DNA from: Vicugna vicugna
Lineage: Eukaryota
Assembly: GCA_013265495.1 (NCBI GenBank)
Contig: MU058000.1
Span: 1,860,001 to 1,924,000, forward strand
DNA: 64,000 bases
Direction of reading: 5' to 3'
Made by a program: the position numbers and the translations under genes. The notes under the pieces are model-generated. The model was not told the origin of the DNA, searched no databases, and was given only the letters and a program-made list of their open reading frames with translations. Numbering within the stretch: the stretch's first letter is position 1; every line of letters starts with the position of its first letter. Of the stretch, positions 52,831 to 64,000 are shown piece by piece.

Positions 52831-54290
52831 CTACTGTTCTTGGTTTTACCACTGGAGGCTGCCTTCTGTGCAAGATTGAAGGCTGGCATAGATCTCACTC
52901 AAAATCTTCTAGATGCTATGGTGTCTTCAGTTTTCCTAATGTTTAGCTAGAGAAGTACTTCCCCTTATCATTATAAAATCTATAACATTTATAAAAGCAT
53001 GTGATTATTGTGATTTTAAGTTATAATTTCCTTTTATAAATATAAGGACAGACCAACTCCTTCAGTCTTATTTCAGAAAGTAAATCATAAAATTATGGAC
53101 AAAAGAGGAAGTCATCAGCTTAGAAATGTGAATATATATCCCAATAAAGGAAAAAAAGGGTTACATAATACTTATCTTTACAATACCACAATGCCTAATG
53201 ATTATTTTTATAAATGTAATAAAAGTCTTGCTCCTAGAGATTAAAAGTCTTTACTTTCTTCCTTGTGTTTTTGTAAAACATGATTATGAGATCTATTCAT
53301 TCATTTAAACAATAATTATTTTTGAACCAACACAGAAACCAGCAGCGATGGCAACTGGAATTTCCCCCCAGTTCTCTGGAGCTAACAGTTTAAAGAGATG
53401 TCAAAAAACAAACAAAAAAAAGGTTAAAAGGATCTCAATTCACCAAACTGAGTCTGTTTAACTCAGGAAACGTCTAGTCTTGGCCAAGAGGAAGAGGAAG
53501 AGCAGCAGGCTGAGAGCTCAACTAAGCTCAGGAGAAAGCACCCCTTTCTCTAATCAATGTCATTATTACACACAAGTAAAAGCATGAGAAATCTGAATTT
53601 AAGGCAGAAGAGAAAAGGAGAAGGGAGTGAACTTGTGGCTCGAGCCATGTAACAAGTGGAGAAGATAGATGCAATCCTGTGGTTCACGTTTCAGATTTCA
53701 GCACTAGAACATGAGTTCAGGTCTAGAGAATTGATCCGGGCAATGCCTGGAAACAGGGAGCCTCCAGGAAGTGCGGTAATTAAAGGCTTTGTCTCCCACC
53801 CACACACAGTGAACAGGGCTGCTGACAAAGAAGAATCCACTGGGTTTCTCCTGATTGACACGTGTGGTTGAATGTGACATTGTGTTCATGCTACCTCTGT
53901 GCTGAAGCACAGAACAAGAGAGCACTCCTGACAAGCGACAGCTCAGAGCCAGCACAAATAAAGCATACCACTGATCTGGCGATGGCAGTAGGCAGACCTC
54001 CGGCCCACCTGCTGGACAACCATTGCACATCCTGAGCATTGTAATCTTTTCTCCCACTCCCTTCCTTTCCCAGTATGATTTAAGCACATGCCCATTTAGA
54101 TTGATTTACTAGCCATCAAGATGCTGCTGCTTTATCTATAGCAGGATTGTAAGCCTCTACCCTCCCAACTCACCCCACTGTCCCCCTGTCCATGCCTTTG
54201 CTTTGTTAAGTCTGCTTTTCAGGAAGAAATGCTAGAAGTACTTCTGCAAGGCTGTTGGATGGAGTCACACACGAGGAATCAATAGTCTTT

Positions 54291-54433
54291 CATTTGTTTT
54301 TGGTTTTTTTGAAGGGGGGGAAGGGAGTTAATTAGGTTTATTTATTTATTTTTCATGGAGGTACTGGGGATTGAACCCAGGACCTTGTGCATGCTAAGCA
54401 CACGCTCTAGCACTGAGCTATTCCCTCCTTCCT
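54291..54433 (-). mobile_element. Camelid tRNA-Ala-derived SINE (vic-1 type)
   Basis: 'taattaggtttatttatttatt...ggaggtactggggattgaacccaggaccttgtgcatgctaagcacacgctctagcactgagcta'; perfect 12-bp TSD tcaatagtcttt at 54279-54290 and 54434-54445. Confidence 0.93.
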
Positions 54434-54827
54434 TCAATAGTCTTTTTAAAGGGATCTAACACCAAGTGTGTTGGGAAGTGGGGAGGAGAGGATGGTAGGA
54501 AGAAAGGAAGGAGCAGAGGTTCAATTTTAATGTTGGTTAAATACTACAAACCAGACGTTGTCTATCAAGCCCTCCCCCACGCTTGTCACATTAAACATCT
54601 GTGTTACCACAGCAACCGATCATATCAATTTTAATATAATTACTTTTTTAAAGGTAGACTTCTAACACCAGACTGTGTACTTTCTGAAAGCTATATCCTC
54701 ATCACTTACTATAGGAGCTGTACAAAGCAGAACAAAGAGAAGGACTTAATGAAGAATTTGGACAACAATTACGTGAGTAATGAAGAAGTTGGTGTTAAGA
54801 ACGCATAGTTTATTTATTCATATAAAT

Positions 54828-55350
54828 TGGAGGCTTTCAAACATTTTAGCCTCAGGACCTCTTTACACTCTTAAAGTATTAACCACCCAAAGATCTTTTG
54901 TTTATATGGATTATGTCTATTGGTATATACTATATTTAAAAGTCTTAGATATTTTTGAAATATTTATTATTAATTCACTTTAAAAAGGAGAAATAAATCC
55001 ATTATATGGTAATATAGATACCAAATTTTATGAAAAATATAATATCTATGAGAAAATGAATTTATGGGAAGAGTAGCTTTTTTTTTTTTCATTTTTGCTC
55101 ATTGCTAACATTTGGCTTAATGAAAGACATCTGGATTCTCATATTGGTCTCTGCAATCACCCTGTTGCAATATCACATGTAATGTGTAGCCTCTGGAATA
55201 TCCCACTGTACATTTTCAAGAGAATGAGAGTGATAAAAGCAAATTACTTTTTAGTATTATTATGGTAATAGATAGTGTTGACATCATGGAACCCCTGAAA
55301 GGATCTCCAAGACCCTGGATTGTCCCTGGGATTACACTTGGAGAAACTCT
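54828..55350 (-). mobile_element. MER119-like hAT-Charlie DNA transposon
   Basis: 'ctcaggacctctttacactctta...tggcttaatgaaagacatctggattctcata...gtagcctctggaatatcccactgtaca...aacccctgaaagg'. Confidence 0.8.
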
Positions 55351-55799
55351 AAATGTTTTTGAGATTCTACTCTGTTTCTGACCACTAATTTCCAGTGAGA
55401 TGTTATTTGGAAAAGGATGAGCCAGCTCTGTGACATTTAACCGGAGGGACCTATTGGTGAGTCGTAAAATTTTGCAGATGTGAGTCTTCACATTTAACTC
55501 TTCCGTTGCCTTCCTCCATTTCTGTAAATCCTATCCTTAAAAATGATTTTGTCACAAAACAATATCTTGCCATCCTCAACCCTTTCATCCAATGTTTGCC
55601 CCATCAGTACCCCTTTTTAGCCACAAAATGACCTTCACAGCATCTTGTCTCTCCAGTGAATCCTGGGCTGATTCTAAAATACCAGAGAAATGAAAAATTG
55701 TTCTTTTCTCCAAAGGGTGGAGGAATGCATAAAAGATACAATGCTTATTTTGAAGACTAAGCGTAAACAAGTATTTTTTAAAAATCTACCTGGAAGCCT

Positions 55800-56300
55800 G
55801 CAAATTGCAGCTGTCAATCTTGGCTCTTTGATACTGTCTAAATCTAGTTCCAATTAAATGAGAATGTGATTTCCAATGCCCTTAATAGCAGAATCATATG
55901 GCCTTACGGCCAAGTAATGCTTAAAGAGGAAAGAGCAAATCAGAAACTCCCACCCAAGGGCACGGAAGCTAATCCTATCGAATTGACGATCAATAATTAA
56001 GGCCTTTGATGCCTGGAATCATTTAGATAATAAGATTGCTTTGAAGTAAATAAATATCAAATTAGGATTTGTGGCAGTCACAGGTGTTTGGCAGGGCTGG
56101 CCTATAATCACCGAGAAAATGAATGCATTTTATTCAGCATAATTAGAAAAAGAAATGACGTTTATATGCAAATTGTAAACCACTTTAGTCAAAGATAACC
56201 GGTCAGACTGCTTTTGGTAATTTAAACTTTCATTTAGATGAGAATTTGCGAAGTATCTATTTTCAATGCAATTCGAGTGCAGCTGGTTGCACTCTCTCAG
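55800..56300. promoter_or_regulatory. Putative enhancer-like non-repeat block
   Basis: Three TCF/LEF motifs, a PBX-MEIS-like site, two TAATTA and an octamer within ~370 bp; motif evidence only. Confidence 0.35.
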
Positions 56301-57984
56301 TCATCTGAGAGGAAAATATGAATGTCCCTCATAACCCTCCAGTCCTGTTTTGGTGCTGACAGTACAACATATGCATGTTTTAAACTTGACTTCTCTCACT
56401 CTTCTCTGTACATGATGTCAGATCCAGAAGGTTAGACGGGATTTTTCAGCACCCAGCACCAGCCCAAAAGGAGTTTGTGGGAGGGAGGGAGCCAAGATGG
56501 TCAAGATTAAGAAGAAGAAATGTACTTGGATGCATGTAAAATTTAAGAGTTCTAAGAACAAATTAGGAATGTAAACATGGTTGATTTTCTTTTTCCTCGG
56601 GTAGAGTACCTGAGAGAGATACCTCTGAACTTTTCTTAATTCCATTCTCGTGTTCTGCCATATCGTAATATTTACCTGCCTGTTTATCTTCTTCCTGTTG
56701 GACTATAAGCTGCTTAAAGCCAGGAAGGCTGAGCTACTCACCATTCTGACTGAGGAGCCTGGATTATTATCTGCCCTATCTCACTTCTTGATAAATATTT
56801 GTGCAGCTAAATGGAATCATTGACCTGTGCTATAGATGAAGAGTAAATTCAAGGGGAAAAAGTAGACCTTCTGGAAGGGAGGAAATATGACATTTGAAAA
56901 GTAGCAAATTATTTTTTATAAACTATAATTTTTAGGTTTTATTTTTCCTCCTGAATAGTTGCTAGTTGGATGCAATATTCTGGCTCTGATTTCCTATCCC
57001 ACTTTTTCTCTAACTGCACTCATCAGTCAACCACAACTAATCGTTTTCCTATTTGATTGAACACTCTGATACTAAATCAGCACACTCTAATCTTAGTGCT
57101 TTTTATAAATGCTAAATGTTGTTAAATAAACATCCAAATAATCATATTTGCATCTAAAAAGGCATGTTCCATATTAATACTTTAAACTTATAGTGTAATA
57201 TAGCAACCCTCCAAATTAAATGGGAATCAAAATCACCTATGGAGATTGTTAGAGATAAAATTATCTGGGCTCTGCACAAAACCAACTAAATCAGAACCTC
57301 TGAAAATCAACAGGATCTCAAAAGGGTAAGGAAGATTAAGACAAATTAATGTATAAAAAGCATTTGGCACAGTACCTGGAACAAAAAGTATTTTTATATA
57401 TTATCCATCATTATTAGATATTCAACAAACGTGTGAACAAAAACAAGAAACACCTGGATGAAGCCTGAAGGAATAGGCAGATATGAATAGAAATGTGCTA
57501 GAGAAGATGGTAAGATGGCCTCTGCTAAACATTTGGATGGAGATTCCATCTTTATCTTCTTTGTGCCCTCTTCCCTCCACCTGTCTCACACAGAGTCTCA
57601 TTTATATCAAGGCACATGTAAAACAGGCTTATCATACTTACACAGATAATTCACATACAGAGGTTGGTACCTTTTAGTGACATGCTCCCAAAAGGTAGCC
57701 TTCGTGGGTCAGAACCCAGTCAGATGCCAGGTACCCGAGAGCCACACCTATTCTTTTTCTACCAATTGTGAAACCTGTGTCTTTGACAGATAAGCAACCA
57801 CTGGCTGTCCAGGAAAACCTTAGGGACTGAGGTGCTCTTCATTTCTCCCCATTTTTCCTCCTACTTATGTCTCTGTCCCTGAATCCTAGTGTGGATAAAC
57901 AACACGTAACCTGAGAGAATAAAGCTACAATGGTAGAACATAACTCTGCCACCTGAGACAGGAAGATGTCTGCTGTCGTGAGGC

Positions 57985-58300
57985 GTGTTTGTTTTCTATC
58001 GCTGCACACTACAAATTACCCCACCACATGGCAGAGTTTGGCAATAAGCATGTATTATTTCACCATCTCTGTAGGGCAGGAATCAGATGTGGCTTGGCTG
58101 GATTTTCAGACTCTGAGTCGGTAACAAGCCTTCTGTTTGGGTGTCAGCTGGGGATGCAGTCTTCTCAAGGTTCTGCCGGCTTAGAACTACTTTCTCATTC
58201 ACTCACAGGGCTCTGAGACTGAGGCCCTTCGCTCTTCACTGGCTGTTAGCCACAGGCTCCACTCTGTTCCTTGCCGCATAGACCTCTCCGTAGAGAAGCT
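57985..58300 (-). mobile_element. MaLR LTR fragment, MLT1F/G-like
   Basis: 'ttttctatcgctgca...acaaattacccca...tctgtagggcaggaatcag...ggcttggctgg...ggtgtcagctgggatgcagtc'. Confidence 0.7.
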
Positions 58301-61300
58301 GCAATATTTCTGATATACACTGGTAATTATAATTATCATAAATTAAATAATTTGATGTAGGGAATAGTGAAATAACACTTTTTCCTTCTTTTTGTGTGGT
58401 TTCATTTTGCAATCTGGAAGCTGATAGTCACCATCACAATGATTCTTTTGTATTAATGTTTTCCTTTCACCTGCGTTCACTTTGTCCTTTTTTGTTTGTT
58501 TTTGTTTTTAACAAAATCGATGCCTCCTAGGTAGCATAGCTCACTGAGTCTTTAGCTTGATATGAATGGGTTTCTCAACTGTCATCCCTTCTCACCGGCA
58601 AGCCTGGGTTGGTCAGAGAACTTGGAAGGCTGAACAGAATGTGGGGAGTGGCAAGAGCAGCAGATGCATTGGCACATTCAGAGTTTGATGAAGACTGGCT
58701 GTGGTCAGAAATCACTCTGGAAGCAGATGCCCCAAGGAAGCTGTGTTCAGTAAAATCCCTTCAAAGTACTGAGTGCTGTCCTGTAGAATCACTATTCTTT
58801 CTTTTAATCTAACTCTTCTAGGGTTTTATTCTTCTTAGCATCTTTTTTTGTATCTAAAGCTTTTGACCCTAACTTACTGCCCAGAGTTCATTTTGCAGAT
58901 AAATACTGAAACATGTTGCTATTATAACAGATACCTTCTACTACTTCCCAACTGATGAGGCCAAATCCAAAATTTTCCGTAATTAATTTTTCAGCACATT
59001 TTTCCTACCAAATAACCTTGCTTATTAAATTGTCCTTACAGCCCTACTTGTAGTCTTTGCTTAATTAATACATGCAAATACCAAAAGTAGAATAATTAGA
59101 GGATTATGTATACTACAAAAGAAAAAAGTGATGCAGTAACTCTGAAGAATTTGTTATTAAACCTTATTTGCAAATTAACTCCTTCTTTAGGTCCCTTGCA
59201 TAATGTCTAAGTTGTCAGGGTGTTCATTGTAGAAGCCAAGTCTGACTAGGTGTTTAACACTGCTGGATTACATAGTTTTTAAAATGATTCCTAACTCCTT
59301 AGCACTACCCTCTGGCTGCCGATTTTTTCTCCTTGTGATAGCATGTAGAAACCTCGCCATAATCAAAAGCTATCAAGCACCTATGTTTCAAAGCTGTAGC
59401 AGTGGATAATTCACACTATTTCATGAAAATAATAGCTTATTTTTATTTGTGTCTGGCTCTACAGAAGACACTTAATTTTTTCTACCAAATGTTATCCTTA
59501 CAATAACTACAATAATATTACAATATAGTTTATCACTGAGGAAACAGACTGATGGTGAGGGACCCGACTTAACCAGGGACTGACATTCTGGAGTTGCCCC
59601 AGTCTAGAAAATGCCATGTCCTGGGTTCTTATCTACTACTCTACTCTATTTCCCAGACACAGTCTTAAGATCTCAGGAAAACAGGCTCCATAGAGAAGCA
59701 GTATGCATTCTGATCTTTTTTTTTTTTTAATTTGGGTAGAATATAAACCCTGAATTACCACTGGAAATTGCACATGTTTTTTTAACAGGCTGAGATCTTC
59801 TCACTCAGATTATCTTATTGTCTTAATTGAATTCCAAATTTCTAGTTTACTCTCTGGGCTAAGATTTTCTTTGTTTCTGTGCTGCTTTAGAAGGTTAACC
59901 ATTTATAGACCTTAACTTTTTAATTTGAATGAATTTATCTTTCTTCTTTCCAAGACTAGAGCATGTGAGAAAATTTGAGATGCCTGTAAGTAAACGATGA
60001 GTTGCGATTTTCTGAGTTAGATAGTAGTGCCTAAGAAAGACATAGAAATTCAGCAAAAAAGCTGTATGTATGCTATTTTCAGAGATTTCTATATTAAGGT
60101 AATCTTACATGGAGAGGGAAATAATCCATATACACATAGATAACACGGAAAAGGTGGTCCAAATAAATGCAAAGATTGGCATAGTCAGAAAGGCTACCTT
60201 GCTTTCTTGCTTTCTCACTTTGCTTAACCCAGTGTTGACCCACATGACATTCAAATCCCCTTCTTCAAAAATGTGATGATGACTTTTTCTGCTCTCTTGC
60301 AATTTCAAAACAATTGAGTTTCGGTTTCTTTTCTTTCCGTCTGGGTACTCTGTGCTATTGTGCTTTGTGCTTTATGCTTTACGCTGTTGAAACGTTGCCT
60401 GGATCCCTTTTCCCTTGTAAAATGAGGTTATTTACCTACCTCTAGTTTTAAAAATATATTTATTTGCTTATATATGTTTTTACCTGCCCATTTTGGTTTA
60501 TGATCTGGATAGCTAGTCACAATTACATCAGTTTCCTTGAAATAGTTCATTTTATACTATAAGTGTCTGTGATTCTAACGCAGCAACATAACTTTGGAAA
60601 TTCTATAGCCTTCATCATGCTCAGCATTAAGAAGAGATTATGTTTTAAGCCTGACAGAAATATTATTTTTTGACCTTATATTTGGCAGAAAAATGATAAA
60701 TTAATATCTGGGGGAAGTTCATTGTAAACATCAACAGATACTGAGAACTTTGAGCTCACCAGTTCCTTTCATAATATAATTTGGTTTCAGAAATTGGTGC
60801 CAATGAATGTTTTCTGGGAAAATATAGGTACATCAGGGCAGGTGAACTCACGTCTAGGAAGGCATTTAAATTACTTCTGGCTACATAATGGATTGTTAAG
60901 GAGACCACCCATTTGATTGGTTATATTTTCCCCTCTGGACCATGACCATCAAACATATAATGGGAGAAAGAGCATGAGCAGAGTAGCTCATGTAGTAATG
61001 TCAAACCAAAGTATTCTCATAATACCTAATGAAATCAACAGACACTTTAAAATGTTAAACAAATTGCCGTCAGCTATCAAAGAAAAGAGCACAGACACAC
61101 AGCCTAACACAGTGTATCTAAAAATACAAATATAAATAAAGAGAGATAAATAGGGAAAAGACAGAGATAGAGACAGATTTAGGATTTTGGCATGGAATTT
61201 AGACATATTGCCTTGACCCACAAGCCACAGTAGCAACTGCTAAAGATTCTTACAAATGCCACCAAGTCTGAAAAAGCAAATTGAGTTATTGTCTACATTT

Positions 61301-62356
61301 TCATTCTTCTGGTCTCCTAGGGAAGCCAAGCAGGGCACAGAAGACTTGGTGGGGGTGGCTCTTCAGGTAAACACAAGTTGAAGGTTGGGTCAGGGAAGGC
61401 TTCCTGGAGATGGCAGATTTGGGTCCAACCAGACCCCTTAAGACCCCTAAAAGGCCATGTGTGACTGGGTCACCGGCAGGGAAGTCCTATGTGAAGTACT
61501 AAGTATTTGGCAAGAATCACATTCCAGTGCCCACCCACTTCAAAGTGCTGATCCTGGAGGTAGCAGGTAGGCAAATGGACCTCCACACCTATGTGATGCC
61601 CAAAGCACCTGTGGATGCGTCAGTCCCTCTGAGGACTTCCTGGGCATAGTGGTAAATGATGTATGGGTTTCTAGAACAATTTTTGAAGTGGGAGATACTA
61701 TAAAGATGCTAATGCTATGTATGATGGGAGAGAAGACTCTAAAATATAAATTGCGAAATATAATCTGAAGCTTTAACAGTGAATGCTCAGAATTCACCCT
61801 CCCCCCAATTAATGAGAACTGTGGTACATGAACTTCGTAATATCTCACAAAGGAGAAAAGAGGCCAAAGAATCAGTCAAATATCTTATACATGTTTGTTT
61901 GATATGTCCTCCACCTCCATGTCATCAGATTACTTAAATAATGTCAAAATATGAAACACTCAGAAAGAAGAAACAATAGGTTCCTATTCTGATGTTTAGA
62001 AAGAGAGACAAAGATAAGTCAGTGACATTATATCAAAATGAAGAGAAGGTCTGGGTAAAGATATACTAGATGAGGTAAGATGGAAAAAGAGTATCATATT
62101 AACCAAGAAGATATATGCCCTCTTCTCCATCATCATCAACAAAAAGAAGATGGAAGAAAAATATTCCCATAGACAACAAAAGAAAGGAAGGAAGGAAAAT
62201 AGCATTAAAGTTTATATAGACAAAGCCATCTGAAGTAAGGTATCATGTAACAAGGTGAAAATTTGTAAGGAATGATTTAGGCTGTGGCAAAACTTAATAA
62301 AAACATAAATCCATAAATATGTAATTCAAAAAGATGATAAAATGACAAAATAAAAT

Positions 62357-62833
62357 TGTAATGGGCTGAACTGTGGCTCTGAAAGGTATATTCACCCAGA
62401 AACTTAGAGTGTAACTTTATTTGGACTAAGGGTCTTTGCAGACATAACTGAAGTAAAGCTCTCAAATGAGATCACTGTGGATTAGGGTGGACCTTAAATC
62501 AAATGTTAAGTGTCCTTATAAGAGTGGAAAAGACACAGGGACACAGGGGAGAAACAGACGTAGAGAAACAGGACAGGAGGCCACGTGAAGATGAAGGCAA
62601 AAGTTGGAGGAATTGCAACCACAAGCCAAAAGATGCCAAGGATTGCCAGTAGCCAGCAGAAGTTAGGAGGAGAGAAGCATGGAATGAACTCTCAGAGCCT
62701 CCAGAAAGAACCAACCTTGCCGACAAATTGATTTCAGACCTCTAGCCTCTGGAACTGTGAGAGAATAAATTTCTGTTATTTTAAGCCACCAAGTTTACAG
62801 TCATTTATTACAGCAGACATAGGAAACGGAAAT
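62357..62833 (+). mobile_element. MaLR solo LTR, MLT1C-like, near full length
   Basis: tgtaatgggctgaactgtgg...ggccacgtgaagatgaaggca...gccaaggattgccag...tttcagacctctagcctctggaactgtgagagaataaatttctgttattttaagccacc...acagcagacataggaaac. Confidence 0.92.
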
Positions 62834-62954
62834 GGAGCTGAAAAGTGAGATTGCATAGCTAAGGAAGGAAATCAAGACTAAACAAGATAATTACAGAACT
62901 AAAAATTAAATTAGAAGCAGTGAGGATAGATTGGTAAGCTAAATATTAAATTAA

Positions 62955-63395
62955 TGTAGCAAAAGCTCTCAGTTTCCCCTAATTGCCTCTACACCCTTGT
63001 CCTTGAAAAGAGAAGCCTCTCAAAGGACATTTCCTGGATGTCAGGGTGTTACTTAAGTTCTGGCCATGGGGTAAAAATGGAAGTATATGTACAATTTCTA
63101 AAATGTCTTTAAAGAAAGAATACACACCTTAATCTTTCCACTTGCCTATTGACATGCAAGGGTTATGAATAGAAAACAGAGTAGCCATATGGGACCTAGA
63201 GATGGTCCATGTTCAGGCTAGCAAAGCAACAAAATGAAGGCCAACTGGTTTCCAACAGTGTAGGACTTCCATATCAATTATGAGTGGTTTATGCCAGGCT
63301 TGTTGCCTGAAAAACAAATAAGCTCCTACCTTATTTAAGCCACTTTAATATTTGAGCCTTTGTTCCTGAAGCCAGAACTTTAATGTTAAGTAATG
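62955..63395 (+). mobile_element. MaLR LTR, MLT1J-like
   Basis: 'taagttctggcca...aaataagctcctaccttatttaagccact...gagcctttgttcctgaagccaga'. Confidence 0.65.
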
Positions 63396-63499
63396 TATCC
63401 AATCATGCATAGAGATATGTCTGAAATTGTATTAAAAGTGTATTGATAATGAATATCTGCTTAACTTAGTATATTATCTGTTTTTATTTATGGAAAAGA

Positions 63500-63770
63500 A
63501 AGACTTTGAGATTAAACTGGGATTTAAATTATTGAGCTATTACTTGCCAAATGATTGATTTTAGATGAATCATTTCATCTACTTGAATGCTGATTCTTCA
63601 TCTATGAAATACAGATAAAACTACCTATTTAACCTACTTAACCTGCCTTAATTTTCTAAACTTTAAAATGGGAATACTAATATTTCCTCTTTCATAAAGT
63701 TGTTTTTCAGAATTTATTTAAAGTGCTTAGAAGAACGTTTTGGCACATATTAAGCACTACATGGTTTTCA
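63500..63770 (+). mobile_element. MIR SINE fragments
   Basis: 'ttcttcatctatgaaatacagataaaactaccta' and 'ctttaaaatgggaatactaatatttcctc...aaagtgcttagaagaacgttttggcacatattaagcact'. Confidence 0.75.
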
Positions 63771-64000
63771 GTTTTCATCACCATCATCATTGTCATTACT
63801 GTTATCCTTGCCTGGTAATGCATGAGATGTGAGTGTGATAAAATACATAAAATATTTAGCTTAAAGCATGACAAATAACAGATGCTATGTGATAGTCACA
63901 TTATTTCAATTATTATTTAGTAAGCACATTAAGATGTGATTTCTCATTAGTGCCCTCCTGTCATGCTAATTGTGGTCACTTAAAGTAGAGCACAATCTTG

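Noticed and set aside
1..64000. Short ORFs in the six-frame track as protein-coding genes
   Set aside because: All are 151 aa or shorter, many use non-ATG starts, many overlap repeats or low-complexity DNA, and none resembles a known protein except L1 ORF2 remnants.

Overview
AT-rich, repeat-dense, apparently non-coding mammalian genomic DNA (intron or intergenic). It is probably camelid (camel/alpaca): it has two tRNA-Ala-derived SINEs of the camelid vic-1 type (50208-50356, 54291-54433), a cetartiodactyl-type L1 3' end and a MER41-like ERV1 solo LTR, and I saw no Alu, Bov-tA, PRE or SINEC elements. No protein-coding gene is recognisable. The ORF track is chance ORFs apart from an L1 ORF2 C-terminal remnant (40148-40354). 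The window is a mosaic of MIR, L2, L1, MaLR (MLT1), ERVL (LTR16), ERV1 LTRs, hAT DNA transposons (MER20, MER119) and microsatellites. I found no convincing novel biological system. The best second-look items are a ~3 kb CpG/GC-shifted block (26.6-29.3 kb) whose old MIRs appear to carry AT->GC substitutions, two TCF/LEF-rich enhancer-like blocks, an intact MER41-like solo LTR beside a MER20, an AT-rich imperfect palindrome, a possible ultra-truncated retroposition scar, a near-perfect 58-bp tandem duplication and a weak frame-preserving candidate exon. Repeat family names come from recalled consensus motifs, not a database search, and old repeat boundaries are approximate.
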